NCBI GenBank assembly: GCA_016180085.1
Contig: JACPBX010000005.1
Location: 1 to 56,648, forward strand
Source of the DNA: Candidatus Woesearchaeota archaeon
GTDB taxonomy: Archaea; Nanobdellota; Nanobdellia; Woesearchaeales; UBA10216
Length of the DNA stretch: 56,648 nucleotides
Direction: 5' to 3'
Shown here: positions 37,511-46,996 of the stretch, in pieces
How the letters are laid out: each line of letters starts with the position of its first letter
Numbering within the stretch: position 1 is the first letter of the stretch
Notes under the pieces: generated by a model
Database searches by the model: none
What the model was told of the DNA's origin: nothing
The model's input: the letters and a program-made list of their open reading frames with translations, nothing else
Position numbers and translations under genes: made by a program

Positions 37511-37807
37511 TCACTTCCTAACCACGTTCAGGTGGACAGGGCCTATCAAGAGTGTTTTTTCCTTGCCACCATCGCTGATTCTTACCTTGTAGCAGCTTCC
37601 CTGCATGCCAACAACCATACCAATTCGGCCGTGAAACCTTCTGAAGTATGCTCCCTTACTGACAGACGGCTGCAGGTCAAGCTGCACGTGCCCGCCAGCT
37701 GCGATTTTTTTGACAAACCTGCTTACAGGAAGCTTTCCCTTCATCTTCTTTGGAACAGAGAAGAGCTGCCTTGACTTACGCCTTGAACTTCCGACCCGCT
37801 TTACCAT
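37511..37807 (-). CDS. rpl21e: 50S ribosomal protein L21e (start ATG 37807)
   Basis: SRRKSR.LF, PSVSKG..FRRFHGRIG.VVG.QG..Y.V...DGGKEK.L...PVHL. Confidence 0.95.
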   Translation of the reverse strand: MVKRVGSSRRKSRQLFSVPKKMKGKLPVSRFVKKIAAGGHVQLDLQPSVSKGAYFRRFHGRIGMVVGMQGSCYKVRISDGGKEKTLLIGPVHLNVVRK

Positions 37808-37886
37808 TTTTGTGCTAAATTTTTGAGAAAGGGCAGGCATTTAAAAAGCTATTGCTTGCGGAGCAGCCACAGCGGTTATTGATTGC

Positions 37887-38381
37887 TTATCGTCTTAGCC
37901 TCTTCCTGCCCGCTCTGGTGCTTTTTGAGCGGCGAATCCGCTTTTTGGCAGCTTTGGCAGCACGCCTGTGCCTTGCGGCACGCCTGCCTCGCCTCCCCGA
38001 CTTTGGTGCGCGCCTTTTGCGCTTTATTTGCCGCTTCAGCCTGCTTTTTCTGCTTTTCTTCTTTACACCAATCCTTTTGACAATGGCCTGAAGCTCCTCA
38101 ACGCGCTCGGTTATTTTCCTCACGAGGGTTTCCTTGGTTTTTACCCTGGCGATTTCCCTGGCGAGGTCCTTGTCCTTGATTACCTCCCGTATCCACACCT
38201 CAAAGTCGTTCTTGTCCCTGTTGACGTGATACCTGAAGACTTCATCATCTGCCTTTTGCAGGGCTGCAGAAAGAGCTGAAAGGCTTCTCAGGTTCTCATT
38301 TGTGCACAACCAGAAGCTTATCTGAAAAGGCACCTTTGCCAGTATGCTTTTGGCAAGAGCTGCCGGCACTTTGCGTTTCAT
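37887..38381 (-). CDS. DUF5752-like domain with a protamine-like R/K-rich C-terminal tail (start ATG 38381)
   Basis: FWLC....LRSL..L..AL....DEVFRYHVNRDKNDFEVWI..VI; last 63 aa are 36 K/R with no acidic residue. Confidence 0.75.
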   Translation of the reverse strand: MKRKVPAALAKSILAKVPFQISFWLCTNENLRSLSALSAALQKADDEVFRYHVNRDKNDFEVWIREVIKDKDLAREIARVKTKETLVRKITERVEELQAIVKRIGVKKKSRKSRLKRQIKRKRRAPKSGRRGRRAARHRRAAKAAKKRIRRSKSTRAGRKRLRR

Positions 38382-38503
38382 TCTTAACCTTCTTGAGCAA
38401 CAACGTTTCCACAAGCTTTGCCTCGGCTGTATATAAAATTTTCTGTTTCCACTTAGCAGTGACGAGGCATGTTTTTAAGTTGGATTCACCATTTGCTGAT
38501 TCA

Positions 38504-38620
38504 ATGAACTGGAGGGCTTTCCTGGTTGTGGACTTCAAGGATATGTCCAACTGGATAGCCATTGCGATAGCCATCCCGCTTCTCATCTGGGGCGTTACGA
38601 TGCTCATGCGCGCCATCTAG
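38504..38620 (+). CDS. Possible 38-aa single-TM peptide
   Basis: MNWRAFLVVDFKDMSNWIAIAIAIPLLIWGVTMLMRAI; TTTTTAAG about 30 nt upstream. Confidence 0.45.
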   Translation: MNWRAFLVVDFKDMSNWIAIAIAIPLLIWGVTMLMRAI

Positions 38621-38693
38621 GCATGGGTGCAGGCACAGGCTTTCCTTGCAAAAATTATTTATATGCTCTTTTTGTGCCTGAAATTCGACCAAG

Positions 38694-41600
38694 ATGGCCT
38701 CTGAAACTACAGCCGCAGCGGCTGCCAATCCTTTTCCCCGTGCTTACGACTTCAAGCGCATTGAGGAGAATGTTTCCATGCTGTGGAAGGAGAAAGGCGT
38801 TATTGAGAAGGCAATTTCTTATGATGAAAAGAAGCCTCTTTTCAGCTTTCTGGAGGGGCCTCCGACAGCCAACGCCCCTCCTGCGCTGCACCATGTTGAG
38901 ATGCGCACGATAAAGGACCTGGTTTGCCGTTATAAGTTCATGAAGGGCTTTTCAGTTCCCAGGAAGGCAGGCTGGGACTGCCATGGGCTTCCTGTTGAGG
39001 TGCAGGTTGAGAAGAAGCTGGGCCTCAGCACAAAGAAGGACGTTCTGAATTACGGGATTGACAAGTTCAATGCGCTGTGCAGGAGCGATGTTTTCTCTTT
39101 CATTAGCGAATGGGACAGGCTCACTGACAAGATGGCTTTCTGGATTGATTTAAGTGACCCATACGTTACCCTCAAGAACGAATACATTGAAAGCGTTTGG
39201 TGGAGCCTTCAGCAGCTGCACAAAAAGGGTATGCTGTACGAGGATTTCAAGGTTTTGCCTTATTGCCCAAGGTGTGAAACTCCATTGAGCAGCCACGAGG
39301 TTGCCTTGGGCTATGAGGATGTGACAGAGCCGGCAATAACAACAATGTTTCAGCTGAAAGGAGGCCCAGAAAGCCCTACTCGTTACCTTCTCGCGTGGAC
39401 AACCACTCCCTGGACTGTTCCGGGCAACATCGCCCTGGCTGTCCACCCTGACATAACTTATGCTGTTGTTGAGGACGGCACAGGCGCCCATCCAGGCAAG
39501 CAGTTCATTCTGGCTAATGACCTTGTGGGCAAATACTTCAAAAATCCAGTAATTGTGCAGCAGATGCAGGGAACAGAGCTGGAAGGAAAGGAGTATGTGC
39601 CCCTGTTTGATTACTTCGTAGATAAGCTTGACAAGCCTGCGTGGGTTATCACACTGGCCGATTTTGTGACGACAGAGGAAGGAACAGGCATTGTGCACCA
39701 GGCCCCTGCCTTTGGAGAGGAGGACTACGAGAACTGCAGGAAGCACGGTTTGGCGTTTGTGCAGCCTGTAGCTGAGAACGGCACGTTCACGAAAGACGTT
39801 GAGGACTTTGCCGGGCTGTTCGTCAAGGATGCTGACCCCTTGGTCATCGAACGGCTGGAAAAGGACGGCACGCTCTTCAGCAAAGGGAACTACACCCACA
39901 CTTACCCGTTCTGCTGGCGATGCTCAACTCCCCTGCTTTATTATGCCCTGAAATCATGGTTTATTGCAGTCAGCAAATACAAGCAGCGGCTGGTTGAGCT
40001 GAATGAAAAAATAGCATGGTATCCTGACCACATAAAGCATGGAAGGTTTGGCGACTGGCTTGCCAATGTCAAGGACTGGGCATTGAGCAGGAACAAGTTC
40101 TGGGGCACTCCCCTGCCAATATGGAAGTGCAATAACAGCGACTGCGGCAATGAAACTGCTATTGGCAGCATCAAGGAATTGAAAGAAAAAGCAGTAGGCC
40201 TGCCTAAAAACGCTGAGGTTGACCTTCACAAGCCCTTCATTGACGAAATCAGGCTCAAGTGCGGCAGCTGTGCTGGTGAAATGTCTCGTGTCCCTTACGT
40301 TATTGACTGCTGGTATGACTCGGGGGCTGCAACGTTTGCTCAGTTCCATTATCCTTTTGGCAAAGGCAGCAGCGAGAGCTTCCAGAAAAGTTTTCCGTAC
40401 GATTTCATCGCCGAAGCTATTGACCAGACTAGGGGCTGGTTTTATACACTCCATGTCCTTGGCACATTGCTGTTTGACGGCCTTGCTTACAGGAGCGTTG
40501 TCTGCGCCGGCCATGTTGTGGATGAGAATGGCGAGAAGATGAGCAAGAGCAAGGGCAACGTCCTCAACCCATGGGAGGTCTTCGGGAAGGTCGGGGTTGA
40601 CGCTGTCAGGCTCCAGTTCTGCAGCACCTCGCCGGAAGCCCCAAAGCGCTTCAGCTACGGGATTATCAATGAGAACATAACGCCTTTCCTCACCGTGCTG
40701 TGGAACAGCTGCTATTTTGCATCCGAAACTTTAGCGAAGAAAGCTGCGGCAGCAGGGGATTCCCCTTTGAAAATTGAGGACAAATGGATAATTTCCCGGG
40801 CAAACTCTGTCGTGGCTGCTGTTGAGGATGCGCTTGGCAGGCACGAATACCACGCCTGCGTGCAGGCGCTGAAGTCCTTTGCCACTGACGACTTCTCCAG
40901 GTGGTATATCAGGCTTATCAGGGACAGGGCATCAGGCCCTGACGCACCTGACGATGCGCTGCAGTACACGTTTCGCTATGTAATCTCCAGGGTTGTAAAG
41001 CTCCTTGCGCCCTTTGCGCCTTATGTAAGCGAGGAAATTTACCAGCTGCTCGTCAGGGAAAAGCCGGTTAGTGTTCACCTTTCCGAGTGGCCGAAGGGAG
41101 AGGCTATAGACGAGGAGCTTGAGTCTCAGATGGCTGTTGCAAGAAGTATCGTTGAGTCTGTGCTCTCTGCCCGTGACCAGATTCAGCGCGGCCTGAAATG
41201 GCCGCTGAAAAGGGTCTCTGTCGTTACTAAGGACGAGAAGGTAAAGCAGGCAATCAGGAGCCTTGCTGAAGTAATAAAGAAGCAGGGCAATGTCAAGGAG
41301 CTTACGCTGTCTGATGAGTTCAAGGAGGCAAGGCAGAGGGTTAAGGCTGACTACAGCAAGCTTGGGCCCGTGTTTGGAAGCATTACCCCGAAAATCATCG
41401 CCAACTTGGCGATGCACAGCACCCAGGCAGTTTTGCAGCACATTGAAACCGAAGGCAGCTTCAGGCTTGAGGTTGACGGCCAGATGATTTCAATAACGAA
41501 AGAGCACCTGATAACGGAAAAGGAAATTCCGGGCAACTACGTCCAGGCGCAGTCACAGTACGCTGACATTTACATTGACACAGAAATGACAGAAGAGATG

Positions 41601-41882
41601 GAGGCAGAGGGCTATGCCCGCGAGCTGGTCAGGCACGTCCAGCAGGCAAGGAAGGATGCTGGCTTGACCAAGGACCAGCTCATCGCAGTTGCCATAAAGT
41701 TCCCTGAGCAACTGCTGCACCTTAAAGATGCGTTAAAGGACCATGTTGCCGACATGAAGTCAAAAGTGGGCGCCTTCAAGCTGCAATTCGCTGATGCAAG
41801 GCCAGAGCAGGGAACGTTTGACAGCGAAGCAGTCGCAAGGATAAAAGGGCAGAATGTTGAGATATTCCTGACAAAGGCCTAG
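38694..41882 (+). CDS. ileS: Isoleucyl-tRNA synthetase (type 2, archaeal/eukaryote-like) with ALHH signature
   Basis: EGPPTAN, GWDCHGLP, AWTTTPWT, DWALSR.KFWGTP, DQTRGWF, KMSKS. Confidence 0.98.
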   Translation: MASETTAAAAANPFPRAYDFKRIEENVSMLWKEKGVIEKAISYDEKKPLFSFLEGPPTANAPPALHHVEMRTIKDLVCRYKFMKGFSVPRKAGWDCHGLPVEVQVEKKLGLSTKKDVLNYGIDKFNALCRSDVFSFISEWDRLTDKMAFWIDLSDPYVTLKNEYIESVWWSLQQLHKKGMLYEDFKVLPYCPRCETPLSSHEVALGYEDVTEPAITTMFQLKGGPESPTRYLLAWTTTPWTVPGNIALAVHPDITYAVVEDGTGAHPGKQFILANDLVGKYFKNPVIVQQMQGTELEGKEYVPLFDYFVDKLDKPAWVITLADFVTTEEGTGIVHQAPAFGEEDYENCRKHGLAFVQPVAENGTFTKDVEDFAGLFVKDADPLVIERLEKDGTLFSKGNYTHTYPFCWRCSTPLLYYALKSWFIAVSKYKQRLVELNEKIAWYPDHIKHGRFGDWLANVKDWALSRNKFWGTPLPIWKCNNSDCGNETAIGSIKELKEKAVGLPKNAEVDLHKPFIDEIRLKCGSCAGEMSRVPYVIDCWYDSGAATFAQFHYPFGKGSSESFQKSFPYDFIAEAIDQTRGWFYTLHVLGTLLFDGLAYRSVVCAGHVVDENGEKMSKSKGNVLNPWEVFGKVGVDAVRLQFCSTSPEAPKRFSYGIINENITPFLTVLWNSCYFASETLAKKAAAAGDSPLKIEDKWIISRANSVVAAVEDALGRHEYHACVQALKSFATDDFSRWYIRLIRDRASGPDAPDDALQYTFRYVISRVVKLLAPFAPYVSEEIYQLLVREKPVSVHLSEWPKGEAIDEELESQMAVARSIVESVLSARDQIQRGLKWPLKRVSVVTKDEKVKQAIRSLAEVIKKQGNVKELTLSDEFKEARQRVKADYSKLGPVFGSITPKIIANLAMHSTQAVLQHIETEGSFRLEVDGQMISITKEHLITEKEIPGNYVQAQSQYADIYIDTEMTEEMEAEGYARELVRHVQQARKDAGLTKDQLIAVAIKFPEQLLHLKDALKDHVADMKSKVGAFKLQFADARPEQGTFDSEAVARIKGQNVEIFLTKA

Positions 41883-41947
41883 TTCTTTAGTTGTGTTCCA
41901 TGAGGTTGGCGAAACCACGCATAAGTAAGGGAAATCATGCGTAGTTT

Positions 41948-42385
41948 TCAGTCAAGAAGCCTTTCCAGTGCTGCAGCAGACAATTCTACGGCAAGAGTGC
42001 CTCTGGGTGCGGGTGTTCTCGCATGGAAAAAATACGTAAAAGGCTCCAAAGCCTTACTAAACCGCTGGAAGCTTTCGCTTGCCCTGGTGTACCGCCAGGC
42101 CCCGTCAAAAACTAAATAACTGGAAAGTATGCTCTCTGCCAGGTTATCTCCGATAAAATAGCTGGCTGCTACACCTGCGCCAAGTTCCAAGAAAGCTGTC
42201 CTTTTCGTATTTTTTATTGCAGATTCAGTTCCCAGCCACTTTGTCTGGTACTTTCTGGGCAACAGGCTTACGAGGGGCTCACATACTTTGTAACCCGCCC
42301 ACGCTATAGTGCCTGCAGTTTTTACAGCAAATCTGACCGGTGCTGGTGCCGCGTTAATAAGCTCAATACGTTCAGCCAATCTCAT
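41948..42385 (-). CDS. Hypothetical protein (ORFan, two hydrophobic segments)
   Basis: 145-aa ORF with an AT-rich promoter-like element upstream. Confidence 0.55.
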   Translation of the reverse strand: MRLAERIELINAAPAPVRFAVKTAGTIAWAGYKVCEPLVSLLPRKYQTKWLGTESAIKNTKRTAFLELGAGVAASYFIGDNLAESILSSYLVFDGAWRYTRASESFQRFSKALEPFTYFFHARTPAPRGTLAVELSAAALERLLD

Positions 42386-42465
42386 AAAAACAATGGTAGT
42401 TTTGTTGCATTTATTAACTTTGTGTTAACCAGCGCTTTTGTGCACTTTTCAGGGCTTTTTGGGCG

Positions 42466-42834
42466 TCAACGCACGAAAACGGTGTTTGGCAGGCCCTTAA
42501 AGGCGTTGTCGCATGTCAGGAATCGCATGTTGCGTTCCATTGCATAGGTGTAACCGAGCGCGTCTGCATAGGAAAAGCCGCGTTTCTCATTTTCCAGCCT
42601 GAATTTCATTGCCTTCCTGATTATTGTTTTCGTCGGAATTACCATTAAGGGAAAGAGCATCTTCAGCGCCTCTTCTGCTATGTTCTCACCGGCTTTTTTT
42701 AATAACATGAAATAAGACTCCATTATAACAAGCAGACTGACTTTGCCTTCGTGAGGCTCTTCAAAGTAGCTGGCGACATCAGGGTTGTCTATCATGTATT
42801 CGTAAATTGCCGAGGTATCATAGAAATAGCTCAT
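42466..42834 (-). CDS. vapC: PIN-domain (VapC-like) toxin
   Basis: YFYDTSAI, MESY, SYADAL, FLTCDNAF. Confidence 0.9.
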   Translation of the reverse strand: MSYFYDTSAIYEYMIDNPDVASYFEEPHEGKVSLLVIMESYFMLLKKAGENIAEEALKMLFPLMVIPTKTIIRKAMKFRLENEKRGFSYADALGYTYAMERNMRFLTCDNAFKGLPNTVFVR

Positions 42835-43050
42835 TTAATCACCCCAGCCTTTTCTTGCCTCATCCTTGAATTCCTGGGCTGTCATTTTTATCTTGCCTTT
42901 CAAAATGCCCCTTAGCGCTCTAATGCCTGTTTTTTTCGCTGTAACAACAATCTCATCACCTTCTTCAATTCCTTCTCCTTTGACGAACTCGAAGGGTAAA
43001 ACTACCCCGAGAGAGTTTCCCCACTTTCGCGCTTTTCCCACTGCTTCCAT
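42835..43050 (-). CDS. vapB: AbrB/MazE-family (VapB) antitoxin
   Basis: KARKWGNSLGVVLP......GIEEGDEI. Confidence 0.9.
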   Translation of the reverse strand: MEAVGKARKWGNSLGVVLPFEFVKGEGIEEGDEIVVTAKKTGIRALRGILKGKIKMTAQEFKDEARKGWGD

Positions 43051-43113
43051 AATATAATTAGAATTATACTAATATTTAAACCTTTTGGAAGACGCAATCA
43101 AAAAACTGTTGCC

Positions 43114-44052
43114 CTACTTCTTCACAATCGCGTAAGTGTGCGTCACATAGACGAAGTGCGGCCTGAACTTCAGCTTGAACTTCAAAAGCGGCATGGGGCT
43201 GCCTCCGAAGTCGACAAGGCCGTAGCCTTTTTCCTTAAGCCTGTGGAGGTCATCGAGGTTGGCAATTTCGCCAAGGCCTTCAAAGGCGTAGTTGCAAATG
43301 CCCATTGCAGAATAGTAAGCATTGTCAGAGTTTGGGATTTCCCAGCCGCAGGTTATGCTGCATGGCTCTCCGTCAACGACCATTGTTGTGGCTAATTTTG
43401 TGCCTTCAAAGCCAATATCAATCATCTTGAGGTATCTTTCATCGTAAGCAAAGTTTGAATCTCTCCTGTTGGCGCCCAGGCTCATAAGCTTCCTGCGCTC
43501 AACCCACTCATTAACTATTTTTTTCAGTTTCTCCCTGCCAACTGTCCTGCTGTCAACCATCTCAACAGAATGCTCGCCATAAAACCTGTTCCTGATGTTC
43601 CTGAGCTTTTTCCAGTCGTCGCCAGCCATATCATCTCCGTGCCACCTTTCCATGTTAAAAACCGGCCAGTAGAGCGAGAACCTGGGCTGCAATGCAGCGT
43701 AGCCGTTGCCCTCAAACGACTTCAAAGTGGCTGCCCTCAGCGCATCGTCCTGCTCAACGACAAATTTCCGGATTTTAAGCTGGCTGAAGCACGTGTCAAG
43801 GGCATCTTTCAAAACACTAACCTGCTTTTCTCTTGGGGCAAGCGCTTCGGAAATCATTACAACTTCTCCTGCCTTTTCCCTGTAATTCGCAAAAATGCCA
43901 AAGCCCTCATCCGACTTCAGGAAAATATTTCTTGCGCCATTATCGGCCGCAGTCGAGAAATATGCGTAGTTGTGCTCTGGCGTGTAGCCGAATTTCCCTA
44001 TGCACCTCTTTATCTCATCGCCTGATTTCTCAGGCATTTCTACCAATTCCAT
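43114..44052 (-). CDS. Divergent DUF2156 / LPG_synthase_C-like (Fem-type GNAT) protein
   Basis: M.GDDWKKLRNIRNRF, EW..R, V.DG...G..., G.G......D...L...GY..VDFGGS...LLKFKLKFRP parallels the DUF2156 C-terminal motifs. Confidence 0.7.
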   Translation of the reverse strand: MELVEMPEKSGDEIKRCIGKFGYTPEHNYAYFSTAADNGARNIFLKSDEGFGIFANYREKAGEVVMISEALAPREKQVSVLKDALDTCFSQLKIRKFVVEQDDALRAATLKSFEGNGYAALQPRFSLYWPVFNMERWHGDDMAGDDWKKLRNIRNRFYGEHSVEMVDSRTVGREKLKKIVNEWVERRKLMSLGANRRDSNFAYDERYLKMIDIGFEGTKLATTMVVDGEPCSITCGWEIPNSDNAYYSAMGICNYAFEGLGEIANLDDLHRLKEKGYGLVDFGGSPMPLLKFKLKFRPHFVYVTHTYAIVKK

Positions 44053-44132
44053 TACAAAAAGTGATATTGTTGCACCGCATATTTAATTTTTTGCCCAAAA
44101 AGAATAAAAACAAGCCCAAAAACCACTTTTTT

Positions 44133-44510
44133 ATGGGAGACCTGCCTGTTCCGGTTAAGATTGGGCTCATATGCGTTGGCACAACTGCAACTTTGCTGGG
44201 TTTTATAGGGTCTGTCGGTGCCAGGCCTGTCGACAGGATAGTTTACCTTAATAAGCCACCGGCAGTTGCAAAGCCCGCCAGCCAATCTTCGGCTCTTTCC
44301 GGAGATGCAACGCAGTCAGTGGATGATTATGTGCCCGGCAATACTATCGCTTATTCCCAGAGCAATCCCAAAAGAAGCTTTGACCTTGCGCCGCAGAAAT
44401 ACCTGCTTCTTATAGCAACCGGTTTCGCAGTTGGAGCGGTCGGGGTTCACACTTATTGTGTGGGTGTTTATGAGGGAAGTCACGGGCTTTGGCGTAGAGA
44501 AAAAAGCTGA
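44133..44510 (+). CDS. Hypothetical two-TM protein (ORFan; start ATG 44133)
   Basis: Hydrophobic ends with a P/S/A linker. Confidence 0.5.
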   Translation: MGDLPVPVKIGLICVGTTATLLGFIGSVGARPVDRIVYLNKPPAVAKPASQSSALSGDATQSVDDYVPGNTIAYSQSNPKRSFDLAPQKYLLLIATGFAVGAVGVHTYCVGVYEGSHGLWRREKS

Positions 44511-44554
44511 ATTTTCTGCAAAAAAATATAAATGCCCCTGTTTTTGGTTTCCTC

Positions 44555-45508
44555 ATGGATTCATTGCAGAAGGATGGCGAGTTGAGAGAAGTCTTGCTTT
44601 CTGACTGCGCTTTTTTTGAAAAAGCTTTTTCTTCTGTTCCTGAGCCGCTTGCCGACACTACCTTTACCATGCGCTTTATTTGGGCAGGGCCCCTGAAGCA
44701 TGCCTGGACTGTCATTAACGGGAATTTGTGCGTGTTTGGCTACGATAAGGGCCGCTATGTTGTGTGGGGACCTCCTGTCGGCGGCGCAAAGCTTTCTGAC
44801 ACGATTGCCGGGTGCTTTGAAATTGTAGAAAAGTTGAATGCTGCCGGGGGGGTAAATGCCAATCCTGCTGCGATTTACGTTCCAGAATGCCTCAGGTCAG
44901 AATACGAGGCTGTTGCCGAAAAGCTTGGCTGCTCGCTGGACTACTGGACCCAGGATTACATTTACAAAACCAAAGACCTGATTGAGCTGAAGGGCCCGAA
45001 GTTTGACTCAAAGCGCAACAAGGCCAATTTTTTTATGAAAAATTATGACTACGGCGTTGAAGAGTTTAATTTTGACAAGCACGGCAGCGAGTGCCTGGCC
45101 CTCGTGGATTTATGGAGAGAGCAGAAAGAAGGCATGGAAGGCAGCAGTGCTGACCTGTGGAGGTATGAAATTGGTGCAGAGACCGAAGTTGCAAGGACGC
45201 TGATAGGGTTTTCAAGGGAACTTGGCGTAAGGGGCATAGTGCTAAAGGTTGAAGGCAGGATAGTCGGGGTCAGCCTGGGCGAGCACTTAACGCCAAATAT
45301 GTGCAGCAATATCATTGAAAAGACAAACCCTGCCATTAATGGCGCGTCCCAATTCATTTTCAGGGAGTTTTCAGGTTACTGGTCGCGATTGTCCGGCTGC
45401 GAGTTCCTGAATGCCCAGGACGACTTTGGCGTGGATTACCTGAAAAGAGTGAAGCTGTCTTACCATCCTGCAAAGCTTCTGAAGAGCTACTGTTTGGAAA
45501 AGAAGTAG
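44555..45508 (+). CDS. DUF2156 / phosphatidylglycerol lysyltransferase C-terminal-like protein (soluble, no flippase domain)
   Basis: DYIY...DLIELKG.KFDSKRN..N.F, ECL.LV.LW, G.VL.VEG.IVG..LGE, IIEKTN..I.GASQFI, D.G...LKRVKLSYHP. Confidence 0.85.
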   Translation: MDSLQKDGELREVLLSDCAFFEKAFSSVPEPLADTTFTMRFIWAGPLKHAWTVINGNLCVFGYDKGRYVVWGPPVGGAKLSDTIAGCFEIVEKLNAAGGVNANPAAIYVPECLRSEYEAVAEKLGCSLDYWTQDYIYKTKDLIELKGPKFDSKRNKANFFMKNYDYGVEEFNFDKHGSECLALVDLWREQKEGMEGSSADLWRYEIGAETEVARTLIGFSRELGVRGIVLKVEGRIVGVSLGEHLTPNMCSNIIEKTNPAINGASQFIFREFSGYWSRLSGCEFLNAQDDFGVDYLKRVKLSYHPAKLLKSYCLEKK

Positions 45509-46383
45509 CTGATGAGCTTGTATACGAGCTTTGCTGCGAGAACATCCGGCGCGCGGTTGCCTGGTATGGGCATCAGTTCAGTCACGTCAAAGCCCACAAC
45601 ATTCTTCCCAGCAGCGATTTTCTTCATGAATTCAAGCATCTGGTACCATTGCAGGCCGCCTGGCTGCGGTGTTCCCACAGATGGCATGATGGAAATGTCA
45701 AAAGCGTCAAGGTCAATTGTGATGTAAACGTTCTTCCCAAGCGATTTGACAGCTGCGTCCATCCAGGCGCTGTTGCTGCCGTCATGAATGTCTTTTGCGA
45801 AAAAGGTTTTTATTCTGCCGTTGCTGCTGCGGATGTGCTCCATCTCCTCTTCTGCAATGCTCCTCACTCCAACAGAGACAAGGGGGCACATCTCTGATAT
45901 CCTTCTTGCGACGCAGCCGTGGTTAAACCTGTTCCCGGCAAGCTCATCCCTCATGTCAGCGTGCGCATCAACATGAAGCACCGTAAGGTCGGGATATCTT
46001 TCCATGTGCGCCTTCACTGAACCGCTGCTGATGGAGTGCTCGCCGCCAATGACTGCGACTTTCTTATTGTCACCCAGCAAAACCTTGACAGCCTCATAAA
46101 CCCTGTTGGCCATTTTTCCCGCATCGTCAACCACTTCCACCTCATCCAAGGTGCACACGCCAATCCCGGTAAAGCTCCTTTCGGTCTCCTCATCGTAGAA
46201 TTCCAGGCAGCGGGATGCCTCGATCAGGGCTCTTGGGCCGTTTCTTGTTCCCGGTTGGTAAGTCGTGGTTGCGTCGTAAGGCACAGGCAGGATTACGACC
46301 TTCGATGCGCCATACTCTGCAAGCTCGTGCGGTATTGCCCCAAAATTGAACGGAAGGTAAAAATGCGGATTTTTTGCTGGCAT
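45487..46383 (-). CDS. speB: Agmatinase (ureohydrolase family)
   Basis: PYD.TTTY.PGTR.GP, GGEHSIS, DAHAD, DLDAFD, GFDVTELMP. Confidence 0.93.
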   Translation of the reverse strand: MPAKNPHFYLPFNFGAIPHELAEYGASKVVILPVPYDATTTYQPGTRNGPRALIEASRCLEFYDEETERSFTGIGVCTLDEVEVVDDAGKMANRVYEAVKVLLGDNKKVAVIGGEHSISSGSVKAHMERYPDLTVLHVDAHADMRDELAGNRFNHGCVARRISEMCPLVSVGVRSIAEEEMEHIRSSNGRIKTFFAKDIHDGSNSAWMDAAVKSLGKNVYITIDLDAFDISIMPSVGTPQPGGLQWYQMLEFMKKIAAGKNVVGFDVTELMPIPGNRAPDVLAAKLVYKLISYFFSKQ

Positions 46384-46440
46384 TGCAACTTAACCGCTGT
46401 CAAGTGCTATATTAAAAATTTTTCCAAAAATTCCAAGAAA

Positions 46441-46875
46441 TTACTGTACGAGTTCCCTCTCCTTCCGCGCTATAGATGCTGCCTTCTGTACATTTCGCGG
46501 GTAGTGCTTGACAAACGCCTTTCCCCGCTCAATCATGTTTTTCTCTATCCGCTTGGCCTCAAGCCTTTCCATAAGGTATTTTGTGGCGGTTTCCTCGCTG
46601 AAGTACTTGCAGGAGAATATGTCAAATGAAGCAAAGCCGTCTTGCGGAAAGGTATGGATTGCAATGTGGCTCTCCACCAGAATTACGAAGCCGGTCAGGC
46701 CGCCCTTGTCAAAGGAGTTTGGCTGAATGGGGATTTTCGTCAGCTGGGGCGTTGAGAACTTGTGCATGCCGAGCATCTCAGGCATCTCATCCAGGACGCT
46801 GTAAACGAAGTCGTAATCATCCAGCTTCTTTTTATCGCATCCGTACAGGTCAAGAGTCAGGTGTGGTCCGAACAT
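46441..46875 (-). CDS. speD: Pyruvoyl-dependent AdoMetDC-fold decarboxylase proenzyme (SpeD/SpeH family; substrate uncertain)
   Basis: G.HL.LDLYGC, ILVESHIAIHTFP (E/S autocleavage), DIFSC; GAGGTG SD. Confidence 0.9.
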   Translation of the reverse strand: MFGPHLTLDLYGCDKKKLDDYDFVYSVLDEMPEMLGMHKFSTPQLTKIPIQPNSFDKGGLTGFVILVESHIAIHTFPQDGFASFDIFSCKYFSEETATKYLMERLEAKRIEKNMIERGKAFVKHYPRNVQKAASIARKERELVQ

Positions 46876-46879
46876 TTTA

Positions 46880-46996
46880 CTAAATGCTCACCTCGTTTTT
46901 TTCAATTTCAAGAAAGCTTAAGCTATTTTTCTGGACAGGAATACCGCAATTGCCACATAAATGCATATTGCTTACTGACGTGATATACGAGTTCAT
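46880..46996 (-). other. Candidate 38-codon upstream ORF in the speD leader
   Basis: MNSYITSVSNMHLCGNCGIPVQKNSLSFLEIEKNEVSI, located between TATA (TTTAAATA, ~47037-47044, minus strand) and speD; stop 4 nt before the speD ATG. Confidence 0.35.

Noticed and set aside
39150-41536. Long antisense ORFs inside ileS (and similar ones inside argS, lonB, speB and thrS)
   Set aside because: They are shadow frames of strongly conserved genes, with no motifs of their own.
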